Origin: Trichoplax sp. H2
Taxonomy: Eukaryota
Length of the DNA: 64,000 nt
Direction: 5' to 3'
Assembly: GCA_003344405.1 (NCBI GenBank)
Contig: NOWV01000019.1
Coordinates: 558,001 to 622,000, forward strand
The translations under genes were made by a program, and so were the position numbers. Shown here piece after piece: positions 1 to 13,949 of the stretch (its first letter is position 1; the number at the start of each line of letters is the position of its first letter). The notes under the pieces were generated by a model. That model had not been told where the DNA came from. It saw only the letters and a program-made list of their open reading frames with translations, and ran no database searches.

Positions 1-30
1 ATTAACTCAAATTTTAGCATGATATCCTAC

Positions 31-3000
31 CCATAAGTGAAGGCCGTGAACAAGTTATCCATAAATCTTCCGAATGAGTACATTCATTCTTGCCCCATGA
101 TAGAATGTGGCATTGGCCAAGATTACTTGCTTTTGGATTGCAATTGAAATACCGTGTAGATGTCCATATTTGTCCTCGTCCTGGATTATCAGACACTAAA
201 GCGCAATTATTCAATAAAATAAATGCTCATTAAAGTGTGTTTCGTTGATCGATTTTAAAAGTAACAAGTGCAAATCCAACATATACAGAAATGGTATTAG
301 TTTAGATGCTCATGCCAGTAACAGTGGCTATCATAAACTGATCGCAATGATTAAAATTATGAAAAAAAAATAATTTGTATGCCAAATATTCTTAAAATAA
401 TCAAATGGCCTCTAATTTATCACAATATACTAAATAATGATCTAGACCTAAATTCTATGGCACTGTGCATTTTCAAATGTTATTATAAGCAATAAGTGTA
501 CCCCTAGCTCCTAAGACTGCTTCGTTGTACTGATGGAATTAACATATTAGCAAGAGACCAATAAATAGACGATGCTATTAAGTTTTATTATAGTATTATA
601 TTACTAACTTGCAACCGTGCCAAATTCGCTTTCATTAGCTTGACGGCAAATTACAGAAGCCACTAATGATGTTTTATTATTTAAGCATATTGTTCCCCAT
701 TGTTCGCGATGATAAATTGCAACTCGGCCAGAATTTAAGACTGAATAATATTTGCGAGCGATCATAATTGGATAAATACCTGTTTCATGAACAATAAGAA
801 TAGCAAGTATTGAACTATCAAGCTTTTATTGCAATGATTCTTACGCTATCAAATACTTAGATCTACAAGTTCAGGTGTCATAAAGCATTATGTCAAGAGT
901 ATTTGAGCAAGCAATGACTGAGCTTTAGTGCGGCTTGTTAGCTTACTGCCTAACGGGTAAGGTGGAGTATTGACTTTAGGGCGTTTGCAAGCCGTAATAT
1001 TGCATGATTGCCAACTTAGATTGGATAAGGTAGTATAGCACCATGGAGCACTACGAAGGCCTCCAGGATTTCGACAATAATTAGAAGATAAATCATCATC
1101 AGTATATAACGACGAATTATAAGGGTGCGAGTGAGGATTCTGTGAATTCCAAGATTGGCAAGAGTAGCCCTGCTTGGTAATAGATGTCTTTCCGCGATAA
1201 CCTTGTCCTCGATCACTGTAGCAATCAGTTTCTAAGGAAAATAATGATATAGATCAATTAATGCAGTTGCTTGAATAATTTGATATTCTTATGTCCCTAT
1301 CTTGTCTTGTTTAATCATAAATTGACTTTATTTAATTTACTTTTACGTTGTGCTGACTTACCGATTGGATAAACAGAGACATCATCGATGAAAATGTTGC
1401 TGTTATATAGGTTAATTGCAATTCCGCGTAGCAGGATCTAAGACATTTCATTAATGATTAATAGATTGGTAATTTTTAAGTTATTATCATGATTACGTTT
1501 CACTAGTAGCTATTACTCTAGATTTTATCTTGCAGACATAGCTAAACATTTAAGTCTATAGATTTAAAGATTTGCTGTAACGCTGTCATTTTGTATTTAT
1601 TGCGATTAACATCATTTCAATTAAATATGTGTTATTCTTATTCTTACTCTGTAATCTGCATGTTCGGGACGAAATCGTATTAATAACTTTTGCCAGATTT
1701 TTCTTGAATTTTGCTTTGGAATAGTTGTAATTAAGTATAAAGTTGTGCTATATAATGGGTATGTAACGTAGATATTGAAGGTTTGATGATTTGGCCGATC
1801 GATGTAATAAAAAAGGGAAACCTAAATAATAACAGAATATAGAACTTTCAGCTTTAGCAGCCCTCTGAATATTTTAGTAACCTCCAGTCCTAATTATGGT
1901 TTCAGCTGCAACAACTAAAAGCTTAGCTATTCACGGCTATAAAATAAAAATTTATCTATATTTTCGTAGTACTGTATAGTTAAATTTTTTAACAGCTAAT
2001 GTTTATTGAATAAGGCTACCTGAACTTCTTTAACAGTTTCTGGCAACAATAGAGGGCTACTAATTAAATCTGCATAATTTCCTTGCCGCTTTAGAATATT
2101 AGGATAGATATAATGACCTGAAGCTAGCCAGTTACGAAAAGGTTTTTCGTCGGTAAGACGTTCGTAAACAATATAGCAATAAAATAAATATAAATTACAT
2201 GTAATAAAGATACGGTACGCTATTTACTACCATGCTCATATTTAGTGTTTTTTGCATTGATAGCTTTAAGTTTATTTGACTTCAAACTAAGCGAATTATT
2301 TTGAAATTGGATCATTTCCACTCATCTTCATCAATCCTATGGCGCATATTGAAATTAAGGGCTTGTTAACTACACCCCAATAGTTATAATCGTGAGCAAA
2401 ATCGGTAATCTTACTTTATGAATTCGAAAGAAATGTAGCTATACTTAGTGACTTTGTGGACCGATCGCTTATTTAAATCAGTACGAGTTCAATTAATTAG
2501 TAAAATCTCATGTCTGGAAATACACTAGCGAAACTGGTATAAACATGATCATATGCCAGTAATATTTGATACAATAAATTGCTTACCATTTCCGAGTGTG
2601 TAATCAGGGAAATTATATTTACTAAATTCACTTGCAGATCTAATCCAATCATTGAAGTCAATATTTTCCAACTGATTCCAGCCACAAAAGCCTTTTTCAA
2701 AGTTACAAAACGTGGAATGTGTAGATTTAACTAGAAAATAGTTATAGTGGTGTTAGGCTAGCATGGGATATATTAACTTCATTCGATAACAGGAATTATC
2801 TTATTTCTTCTAGAGTAATCTGCAAAACCAAACTATTAAGTAGGAATATACCTCCAAATTGATAAGGCGATTGGATACTTCCATTAGCTGCTTTTTTGCT
2901 GCGATGCTTACCCTGTATTTTAGCTAAGACACAATACAATTTCATAATTAATCAGTAATTTAGCATAAACTCTGAATAATATTCTCCGCTACAAATAGTA

Positions 3001-4271
3001 CAATTTTAGCTAACATTTCAACTAAAATGATTAATATTTTCTTGAGCTTGGTTTTAGTAAGAAATCAGTTGCAATACACGTATAGTACCCAAAGATTGAT
3101 TTGATGCATCATAGCTAGCGCTAATGGCTTCAAGAAGTCGTTCAGGTGGAAATTTATTAAATCTTTCACATCTTCCTATGAATCTAATGTCATTCTTAAT
3201 GGCAAATTGTCGTAAACGCTGAGCAATAGGTTTAGAACAGGCTAGTACATCCTTAAAAACTCTATAAAAATTTATTTGAAAGAAAAATATAGATATTTTG
3301 AGAGTAGAAATATTTTTAAAAAGTCAATACTGATCTTAACAAAAATTTTGATTAAGTAGCTAATAAATCGATTATTTAAAGACTAAATTATTGAGAACAG
3401 AATTTTGTAAGCTTTTCTACTTTCACCTTACTATCTACTAATATACCGCAAAACTTCATCTGAATATACCGCTCAATAGAAAACAACTTCAGTTCTTAGT
3501 AATTCTTTAAAATATATACACAATGATACGAGGTGTGATATTATCCTTGGAAGTAATAACAGGAAGTAAAGTATAAAGTTTAATATTCGATTTAAGATTA
3601 CTAAGATTACAGTTTATATGGATCATCATTGATTTTATAATAAATCTCCCCTTTTTCCTGAGGACCAAGATTAAAAATATCTAATTTTCCATCTCTGATT
3701 GTTGATTTCAGTCAGTTACGTTTGACTGTAAAATTTCGAACTAGGTAGTATATCACTTGTATCGTAGTCCGAGGATCAATGACATAGTAATTAGCGAACT
3801 CAACTATTTTATCCTTCTTATATGATAGTTCATAGAACTGGGGGTATACTGAGATTATTGCTTTTTAATAATTTTGAAAACTCAACATAGAAGTACCAAT
3901 AACTTGACCGTTAGTACACAGCATTAACATTATTTCATGATGAACTGTATCATGCTAATGGCGTATTTACGAGAACAAGATATCTTAAATAGCTAGATTG
4001 GTAGGATATTACTTGTGCCGGTTTAAGTCTTTAAATACATCTAACTGGCACGCGAACTATGTCTACTGGATATTACTTACATCTCGCGGACTCGATTAGA
4101 AATCAGTATTATGTCTGAAGTCAATTTTAGGCAATTAATTTTTATAGTACCACAGTAACAGCCTTGTGGGCAATAACTTGCTTCAGCGAAACCGTTCCTC
4201 ACTACAGAATCTTGAATTTCGTAAGAAAAGAGAATAATAGCAATAAAAGCTAGAAAAACGTTGTGATTCAT
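31..4271 (-). CDS. Multi-exon cell-surface/secreted protein, 5' part: signal peptide - LRRNT-like Cys cap - (unresolved, LRR-like?) - MAM domain - SRCR domain; continues past the window start
   Basis: Phase-consistent GT-AG exons: 4271-4081 (MNHNVFLAFIAIILFS...YCPQGCYC...INC), 3261-3089, 2923-2852, 2730-2587 (TFCNFEKGFCGWNQ...DW...PDYTLGNG), 2117-2020 (GHYIY...ADLISSP), 1821-1648 (VSLFYY...IWQK...YR), 1437-1362 (ILLRG...NIFIDDVSV) = MAM motifs. Exons 779-609 (SGRVAIYHREQWGTIC...ASVICRQ) and 195-31 (GRGQIW...FNC...SNLGQC....WGKNECTHSEDLWITC) = SRCR motifs. Exons between 4081 and 3261 could not be resolved. Confidence 0.8.
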
Positions 4272-4751
4272 ATGTACTAAAGTAATCAGAGTTATCAAAT
4301 TTAGATTAATTTTACGATTAAAATTAAAGTTTTTCGTTGTGATTTCATGTCTAAGATCAAGTTGTTATTTAGCAATTAATGGAAGATTGAAGTCAATTAT
4401 ATGACAACAGGTAATATCAAAAGACAATAGACTACGATAATAACCATAACAACAACGCATTGATATCAATAAAAGAACTAATTTGATCAATACTTTCCTT
4501 GATATTAATTGGCACTGTTATCTCAGATAATAATTATTTCATTGTAGCATAAAGGTAAATGAGAGATAAATAAATAATTATAATAATATAAGATAATAAG
4601 GCTAGTGAAATTGTTTAAAAACAGTATAAGCTAGATCATTTGACGGGTTATCTCTATCCGTTATTGATAGTACGCTCTTGGATGGAAGACTATCAGATCC
4701 GGAAGTAGTTACTAGAGTAATCAATTTATCAACAAAAATTAAATCTTATGC

Positions 4752-5030
4752 TTGAGATTAAACGTCACCGGAGGATAGAGATTTCGTGGTCTTCGAACGA
4801 ATTTATTTGATGGTTGTAAGGCGTATTGAACTTCACGATGTAGCACAGTTCAACCTTACTGCACAATTTATTTTATCAATTTATTAACTGAAATTAAACC
4901 TCACACTTGGAGTTAAACATCATCAGAGGATAGTAATTTTATAGTCACCGAATGAATTTACTTTATATTAGCCACGTATACTAAATATAGTAATTTGCAG
5001 TACCTCAGCCTTATTGAGCACTATATTTTT
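4752..5030. repeat. Degenerate tandem duplication, unit about 157 bp
   Basis: GAGATTAAACGTCACCGGAGGATAG...CGAACGAATTTA (~4754) recurs as GAGTTAAACATCATCAGAGGATAG...CGAATGAATTTA (~4910). Both are followed by a similar CAGT(T/A)C...CCTTA segment. Confidence 0.5.
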
Positions 5031-5322
5031 GATGTGTCTTTTAGATCAAACTGTGTTGGATAGAGCTTAGTTTATAGTGGCCAAGTATATTAAATGTCGC
5101 AGAATTATGATCTTAAATGCTAGACAATAGCATCAGCATTTCGTAGCCTTATGGAATTATTATATTGTAGCTTTATGTAGCCTTATCGAAATATTTAAAA
5201 TTATGTTAAAATTGATTGGATTTCCAGTCAATGGTAATCAATGTAAGATCGATGCCATGATATCATTAGGTTTCGATAGTGTTTTGATTATCATTTATCC
5301 ATGAAATTTATATTTATAACTG

Positions 5323-5931
5323 TGTTACGAAGCCAAGCTCTGAACTAATAATGGCCGTGTTAATTAAAATATCTAATATAATTTGTTGTTGTTCCAGTAG
5401 TTTAATAAGCCTTAATGGCTCTTATTTATTGTAAAGATTAATGTCTAAGTAATTGAATACTAATACCTAAGCGTAAAATGTAATTCGTGCTGAGCCTTGA
5501 GGCTCTAATTGGCACATATTAATTTATTATTGTTAATTAGCGTTGACTTATACTGATTTATGTTAACTTCTTCTATCTAAATTCCTATACTATACAGTGT
5601 AAGTCGCTATATCTAAGATGTTAACATATGCACCATCGGTGGAGGCCAAGGCTATATAAAATCGAGCACTAAATTAGCTGTTCAGTTCCATTTAACCATT
5701 TTGAGATCCCTTTGATCATTATTGCTAAGAGTTTTCTGACGGGCTTTTCAATAGATTTTTTAACTAGGATTTATCTCAATAAAGTAAAGTCCTTAAACCT
5801 ATTACCCGTTGACCACTTATCTGTATACTTGAGAGTTAGTTTAACTACGATAAGTCTCCTAAGTCCGTTGGGAATACGAGTATTAGTGACAATAGTAATT
5901 AAGACCCATTTCAAAAGGCTAAATTGTAACA
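5323..5931 (+). mobile_element. Solo LTR, family 2 (609 bp), TSD AACTG
   Basis: Starts TGTTACG, ends TGTAACA. AACTG on both sides (5318-5322, 5932-5936). TATATAAAA ~5653 then AATAAA ~5778. TATA region resembles 7199-7800. Confidence 0.8.
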
Positions 5932-6332
5932 AACTGAAATTAAACGAATTTATTCGGTTATCTAACTGGCTCTATAATGCCGTTCCGGCTAAGGTTGTAT
6001 ACCTGTCGTATTATCAAATTAATTCTAAATTTGACAAATCGCACAGTAAGGACATATGGAAGCAATCATTTTAACTCATCTTAGTGGCCTTGCTAATTTA
6101 AACAACTTCGTGAAAGCGTTGCTATCACTATTGCTCGTTGTGACGGATAGGATAATACTGATTCTACGGTACTAGCTGCAAACTAATATTTTGTGTATTT
6201 GCATGAACTTTACCAGCAATATTTTTGCTGGTGGCATTGATTGGCGACAAGCATATAGCAAAGAATTGCGTTCGTTATCAATACACATTCCTTTCCATAC
6301 TTTCACAATGAATGTTAACTTTTATAACTCTC

Positions 6333-6905
6333 TGTAGGAAAACTAGATTACGTTGAGCCCTCGGGTAAATAAGATAGTAGATTAGCGGTGTTAGAGGCAC
6401 TCTATTAAGCGTTATAGGCCTAGCGGATTATTAGTGGATAATGTCAGGGATGTTAATCGTACGATTAAGTGGGACTACATTGCGCCTCGATAAGCGGCAC
6501 AGGCACGTTTCAGTAAATGACGTATGATTGGTCCAAAGTGAGGGATGACAATCATACGTAGCTTGGCGTCTTGCACTTGCAAGAGCCATGTTAAATGTTC
6601 ATTGGAATAAAAAGTAATATAGGGAAGATAAAATAAGATATTACTTGAATTATCTGAGATAGGGATTAGGCAAACATATTTATCAATAATCCTTCCTAGA
6701 AATATATAGAAGGCCCACTTCTTGGAGTGGGAGAAGGGTCGATAGCCTTGAGCTAGTTGTGAATGCAATTGCGTCAACTTAATTTTTACCAATGTAATAG
6801 TCAACAGTAATATTTTAAGTAATAAACTATTTTTAACCGCTACGTAGAGGGCTAAATTAGTTTGTGTGAGTAGAGACTGTAGGGTTGGAAATAGTACATA
6901 TTACA
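6333..6905 (+). mobile_element. Probable solo LTR (573 bp), imperfect TSD CTCTC/TTCTC
   Basis: TGTAG...TTACA ends, 4/5 TSD match, GC-richer than the flanks, TATATA ~6703 and AATAAA 6821. No second copy in the window. Confidence 0.45.
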
Positions 6906-7198
6906 TTCTCTTTAGAGATTTTATATTGTCATAGAGTGATGCTAGCTTTAAATTAGTAATAGCTTCAATAATAGTGGTAATAGCTTTAGATTTAACAGCT
7001 TAAATTAATAAAAACAGCTTATTTGGTCATTTAATTATATATAGGTAACTTCTTTATTTATGGAATTTATTCGCCACAAGTATATAGTCAAGAATTGCAT
7101 TCGTTGTTATCATATACTTCTCAATATATCTATGTAACAAGGGTAAACTTAGAAAATTCTATTTAAAGATTTCATATAATAGTAACTGCTATTATACC

Positions 7199-7800
7199 TG
7201 TTACGGTGTCTGACACCGTAAGCTAAATTAATATTTCTAATTGCTTTTAATGTTGTTTATCCATTCTTGTTAATTGCGATTCGCTATTGCTAATTGAGTT
7301 TCGGATTATTAATATTAGATGTAAATGCACCGTCTATATTGTTGCCATAGAATTACTTAGCTTAGTATTAAGTAATCTAATGATAGGCTATAGCACCTAT
7401 CAAAAGCGTGTTAATTTAGTGTAGAGCTTCAGGGCTCTAATTGGTTATTTATTGATTTATTCTAATTAATGTTGTTTACAAACTTTGTCTATACTAAGTC
7501 CTGTTATCAATTGTAAAGAAATTCTAATATAAATTCTAGTAAAATAAGCAGAGCCCAGTTCGCTGCAATGCACCAACGGCCTGCACTAAGGGTATAAAAG
7601 GGCGAGCTCAGACTAGCTTGTTCAGTTCCAAATTCCGATCGTAATAGACAGGCCTGCAACCCGGACTTATACCAATAAAGTATATTATAACATTAAAACT
7701 CTTCTAGTAGTTCTAATCTCGACCATAATAGCCAGTGTTCAACGAGAGTAATAGCAACGAGAGAAGTTTAATCGCTCACAAGTAGGAGATATTTGTGACA
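7199..7800 (+). mobile_element. Solo LTR, family 2-related (602 bp), TSD ATACC
   Basis: Starts TGTTACG, ends TGTGACA. ATACC at 7194-7198 and 7801-7805. TATAAAAGGGCGAGCTCAGACTAGCTTGTTCAGTTCC aligns with TATAAAATCGAGCACTAAATTAGCTGTTCAGTTCC of the 5323 element. AATAAA ~7674. Confidence 0.82.
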
Positions 7801-10513
7801 ATACCATATAATTCAAAAAGATAAAATTATTAGTTCAATTGCCATGCATTTTACTTAATATCTTGGTAAATTGTGAACCCAAACTATTTTACTCGTGTTC
7901 TAATTAGACAATATTTGGCAGCATATCTTCATTTATGCTACCGGTTTGTAATATGGTATTTTAGGCGATATATTTATTTAACATAATCAGGGACTATTGC
8001 AGAAAAAGAGAGGACTGAAAACGAATTTCATCAACCAAAATAAGAAGGCTGATGTTTTTACTGTTCATTTTAAGTACACAGTACGTCTTTAGCCGTATAA
8101 AGGACTGTTTTAAGGTGTGTTCACCTCTTGGATTTGGCGAAATAGCCAGCAAAAAAGTCGGCCCTCACGTTTTTGTCGATGAAATGTCGTTTTCTATCCC
8201 TCTCTTCTTCCTCAATAGTCACCGGTATAATATTTATGATTTAATTACTATAACAATGATAACTAATTTAAATTGTAAGCTACAATGGAAGTTATGCTAT
8301 TGATTACTTATTGGAACAAGGTCAATCGGTAATTACAATCGATAAATTACATTTTAATAGATTGCAATGCCTTAATTGTCAACTTTTCCAAGGTGCAGTA
8401 TACGAAATTGGATGAAACGTAGGGATGTTTCCTTTAGTATATTGTAATAGTGTGAGTTAAAATAATGAAAAACATCAATTTCAGGTTTTAGCTTTTTGAT
8501 GACATTATTTGGCACTTTTATATTTTTAAGAACGACAATCAATAGATATTTTTAACAAATCTTCGTATTTATAACCTAAGAATTTAGCTTAACAAACGTC
8601 ATAATCTATTTAGAGATACTTTGCCTTAAGTAGCCGGAATGAATTGGTAAACTCGCGACTGTTGAAGAAATGGTGAAGTATCGATAAAAATGACATCAAC
8701 GAAGAGAGTTACTAAGGTAGTAACTATTAGAATTAACGATGAGGAATATCTTGTTCGTAGAAGGCCAAGATTATCCCGGTTCATTTATTAATTTTAACAC
8801 ATGTTTGATAACAACTCGCGACATATCGTACCTTAAGCACAAACTGACACTATTCTTCAAAATGTTAACAAGAGAGGCTGGAAGTTCTGCTGGAAGTTCT
8901 AAACCTAATTTCTACTTAAAATTTAGATAATGAAGATTTTGATTTATGCCGTATTAAATTTATTCCACAAGTTGCATAGAATGATTTAAAAGGCTTTCTT
9001 AAAGTAAAAGATAGTGTGCTATGATTACATAGTGAGGCAAATTCAGCTTTAATTTCTAATTTGATTTCGCTTTACTAGCAGTACTGGTAATATTACCATA
9101 CTGATTACCGGAAGATTCCACCAATAGATAGCATATCATAGCAATTTTGATCATTCCTAGAACAATTTCTTTTTAAATTATTCCTTTTTCTTTATTAAAT
9201 TTTTTAAAACTATGTACCGATAGAGGCTATAAGCAAGGATCCAAGTTACCTAGCTATGTACAGAGTAAGCAAGTATTACCTAGAATTCATGATTAAATTA
9301 TAAATTAGAAGGATCGGAATAAAAAATGTTTCCCCGTAGTAACAAATCAAAATAAAATGTTTATTTTTGTTTCCAGAATTATTAATTGACGTATGTCTTT
9401 AAAATACTTTAAATACCAAGCTTAAACAAGAGCTTATCTATGATAGTACGGGAATAATACTGAGGTATTGAATAAGAATCAGGTTACCGATCAGTTTATT
9501 ATTGTATCTTGTGTAGATTCCTCGAGGCTATAAACTTACCAGTTCTTCAATCAGCCTGTTTAAGATTTAATATCTGGAGCATACCTCTGTTTTTGCCTAT
9601 TCTTGCATACAGTCACAGATGCAAATACTTAATTTTTGTACAATTATTTACAGTTACTAATGATATATTATAATTAAATCGGTTTTATTATAGCTTAAAT
9701 CTTCGGAATCGTGCTAAATTTTGAGATTCTTCAATAGATAAAAAATCTATTGCGAGCATAGAGAGGCAGGTATTATGGCACTTTAATGATAACAGGACCT
9801 CAGAATATTGCTTGTGGATATGAAAATGGTGATTCAATATGTATATGTGAGATATGAAAGAGGTAAACGCACGCAGCATAACAAAATCTAAGTATTTTTT
9901 CCCCAATTCTTACGCATGAAGATAAATAACATTATAGGCATTCTACCAAGTCCGTAGTAAGATCAAACGCTTTGTACTATTCGGTGGTGATTAAAATTCT
10001 ACGAAATTGAATGCTAACAGGGCGTTTCAAATGCTTGAGGCTATGCCTGGATTTCTAATGATAGACGAGGGTAAACATCCTATCGCTAAATTTTAATGTA
10101 AATTTAATCAATACAACAAACTACATTGTAGCGGCTAAACCAAGCAATTAAATTTATAGAGTATGTTTCTATATATCAGTTAGAGCTATTAGTATTCTGT
10201 TTATTAACATTGATGACAATTTAAGTATATAAAGTGGGAATCTACATGGTTTATGACCAATCTAGTTTGATCATCACTATGTGGTTGCCATACAAGTATA
10301 GTGATGATATAAAAAATGCACTGGTCCTAGTATCAAGGACATGCGTTGAGCCAGTTTAGATTTACTATTTCTCATATTGTGATAAAATTGCGAATAAGAA
10401 AAATATTAAAGAAATTGGATATAGACAGACCCATGGGTGATAGTATAAGTTACAAATGATAGCATTTTCAGTCTAATTTGCAAAGACATCGTTATAGAAC
10501 ACCGTCCTCTATA

Positions 10514-10722
10514 TATATGTTACGGCCATTCCTAAGAATGATTTTGTCCTTAAGATTTAACATTGGTCATGGTCAATGCTAAGACTACGGCCGTTCCTAA
10601 GAATGATTTTATCCTTAAGATTGTTCATGGCTAATGCTAAGACTGCAACCATTCCTAAGAATGACCGCCCATTCCTAGGAATAATCGACCAAAATCATTC
10701 TTAGGAATGGCCGTAACATATA
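10514..10722. mobile_element. MITE-like element with perfect 33-bp terminal inverted repeats (including the flanking TA) and internal TIR-derived tandem subrepeats
   Basis: TATATGTTACGGCCATTCCTAAGAATGATTTTG at the left end, exact reverse complement at the right end. CC(A/G)TTCCTAAGAATGA is repeated internally. TA context. Confidence 0.8.
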
Positions 10723-11383
10723 CATAAAATAAAATTTATTTAGCAAGGATTCACTTGCTTTGCATTTTTAAATCAATAAATTAATTTCAAAGTCTTAATA
10801 ATTCGATTGATTTTTAAATGTTACTACATTCTCATATGAAATAAAATACTTTTACTCCTAACTTTAAGTTCCTTACAACTACAACTCTGGCACGCATACT
10901 AACCCNNNNNNNNNNNNNNNNNNNNGAATACTTTCTAAACGCAGAAAGCTACAAATCTTAGATTTTGGTATTTAATTTACAAGTTGCAATACCTCAGCCT
11001 CTAATGAACTAATGTAGTGGTTTAAGCGCTGTTCTACGATTTTACTACTAATCTTAATGGCGACACTATCATATCATAGATTCACAGCCTGATATGAAAC
11101 GGAAGTATATCGTTACAAAATCAATGCTCGCGATAAACTTTCTTCGATGACTATGAAATCACTACCGCTATCATCAGACCATTTAGACAATGATAGTATA
11201 CATAAAATAAAATTTATTTAGCAAGGATTCACTTGCTTTGCATTTTTAAATCAATAAATTAATTTCAATGTCTTAATAATTCGATTGATTTTTAAATGTT
11301 ATTACATTCTCATATGAAATAAAATACTTTTACTCCTGACTTTAAGTTTCTTACAACTACAACTCTGGCACGCATACTAACCC
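10719..11383. other. Gap-flanking duplication (10719-10905 repeated at ~11197-11383) around N gap 10906-10925
   Basis: Near-identical ~187 bp on both sides of the gap with a few SNPs; typical of an unmerged haplotype overlap. Confidence 0.7.
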
Positions 11384-13949
11384 ATTTACTTACCAATGGA
11401 ACAATTTCTGAACAAAGTGATTCTTGCAATAGTTGTGCATTGACTCTTGCCTATGAAATGGAGTCAATATTCTGCGGTAGTAATGATACTGCGTATCTCA
11501 TAACTTAAACTACAGTCATGATTAGTTTTACATTATGACAATCATAACGTCTAAAAATTTCTATTTTTAGAAGTGGATGAATATAAGCATGCCATTTAAT
11601 ATTGGTCATGGCAATCCGGCAGCATTGCTACCTAAATTATTCTTGCATTTAAATACGGCAAGTCAATTCTATGGCTATTAAATGTAGCAAATCGTTCAGG
11701 ATCAAGTATAAACTGTAGTAAAAAGTGTTTTTTATCGCTTTGATTCGCAATTCTTCAACTAGAAATTTAAGCCATGAAAATTGAGCAAATATATGAAACA
11801 AACAGTTGTAGGACAACTCTGCATTCAATCTAAAAAATATCGTTTATCAATAGACCATTGCAATGAACGTGTAATAATTTCTTGTTATTACTTATATAAT
11901 CCTATATTTGACTATCAGATACAGCCTTAACTAGCGAATCCCAGTCTTATACTAGAAACAGTAAAATTGTGCCGTATATCCTATTAGCCATATACTGTAC
12001 GACCGCAATTAGCTGACATCATTACAACTACCTGTAAGGGAAGAATTCTTATTTCTTTCCTTCATAATAAAGATTAAAAAATAGTTAAAATTAAGTGAAC
12101 AATCGACTATATCAGCAATGTGATTCAACTTATTTATAATGCAAGATCAAATATTTTTATATAATGTATTACTCAGGAATTAAGAATTACATTAGTGCAT
12201 TACTTTAAAACAGAACTTGAATCGTGTTTTGTATTACTATCTAGAATTGTACTAGCAACCATGTTGAAAGTTGTTACTGCTCTCAATTAGCATTGAAGAT
12301 AGGAAATGAAACAAATAGTTAAATTTATTGTAAAACTAGCTACGTACTACTATGCTCTTGATTTAACGAAAAATCGTGGCTTACATACGTACGCCGTTCA
12401 TAATCATAACGTAATATTTACAAGTTGCAACGTAAGTTAGTATTAGATTGTAAACAATTAGCCATGTTTATTATAGCGTACAGTAGTTTAACCTTCCATA
12501 TTTATCATAAGCTTTACTTAGTAACTCATAGTTATAGGCTGTAATTTAAGATTTTACATTAGAATACGAATGACTATATACGCATAGGAAGGTGTGGAGT
12601 CAATATTGCCGCTAGAGGCAAAAATAAATATTTAGCCCGTATAATACGAAATATTTTGTTCATGGCACTTTGGTAGGCAAAAATCATGTTTACATAGACA
12701 TAGCAGCAATTATCAAATTGGATTATAAGTGATCCTCTGTAAAATGTTGTTAGTAGTAATAATCTAAATAGTTGCTAAATAAGGCAGAATGTCGCGGTGC
12801 GGATTGAGACAGCAACCGATACGAAGAGCATATAAACAAGCAGCGTTAGATTGTTGCGTAGTTGAATCTAAAACTTGTTCTAGTAGTTTTACTCGGCTAC
12901 AATAGAACTGTTAGTGGATTATCTTTGCATATATATCGAACATACTTTTAATTTTCTACGAATTTTGGAATTTCGTAATTGACTATATTACAAATACATG
13001 TCTACATCTTCGTAGCTTTGACAGCTACTGTTTACAGAAATATAGTCAAAATATACAAATTCAAGAAATCAAACGAAGAAATAGCCTGATATTTATTATC
13101 TTTACTGCTTAAGTGAGACTATTATATCTAGCATTATAATTTAATATGCAGTTGCATTTAGAGATGTTGCACATTACTTCAGTTGCAAGCGGTCATAAGG
13201 TACGTCTTGTTTACAGAATGGAAGGAAAGATATCTCGAAACCACGTTATTCTGTATTCGAGTGATTATATTGACGCATACTAGATTATTACGTTTCTTAA
13301 ATATCCTCAGAGTATATTGGAAATGCTGTTTAAGTCCTATAATTTAAATGGAAGTAAGTACTAATAGCTTATGATGTGCAATGTTGATTAATTGATCCAA
13401 GGTATTTCGATGTTAGCATATCTTATCGTGTTAAGTACGAGTAAGTATTTTGAACGTATTAGCATACACTAGTTGTCTAGCTTTTACATAATATCGAATC
13501 ACAATTATCGATTTTTTTAGATATAAGATTAAGTGTTACCAAGCTATTAATCTACTGATGAGTGTAGATCAAATAATAACGATAGCAGTATGTATAGGAC
13601 ATTTGATATGGTTTTTAATAATACAATATATATAGAATTCATGTATTCTGCAAAATAATTGATTTTGCAAATTGGCGGTAACTTTAAATACAACAATTGC
13701 GAAATTAAGATTGTATACTAGAAGCTTAATTAATAATTTTGAATCTCGTATTCGTTAATTTACGTAAATTAGAAAAGGATATTGGTATGCAGATTTACAA
13801 GGGGCTGTTATAGTGAATTAATCTAGTAACTTTACTAACATACTGATAATCATTTAAACTTTAATTGCACTACAGTCTTGGTAATCAAACTAAAATATAA
13901 CCTGAAATAATATACAAAACCAAATAAAATTTTTTCAGAATAGAAAATT

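Noticed and set aside
876-1224. GC-richer intronic segment TGTCA...TGTAGCA with a TATA-like motif and a 66-aa ORF
   Set aside because: LTR-like, but no clean TSD, no AATAAA and no second copy; the ORF has no recognisable motif.
5712-6804. 120-aa and 109-aa ORFs
   Set aside because: They overlap solo-LTR sequence, have non-ATG starts, no domain signal and no splice context.
10514-10722. Short repeats with spacers resembling a CRISPR array
   Set aside because: The spacers are themselves repeated, the ends are inverted, the context is eukaryotic and no cas genes are present.
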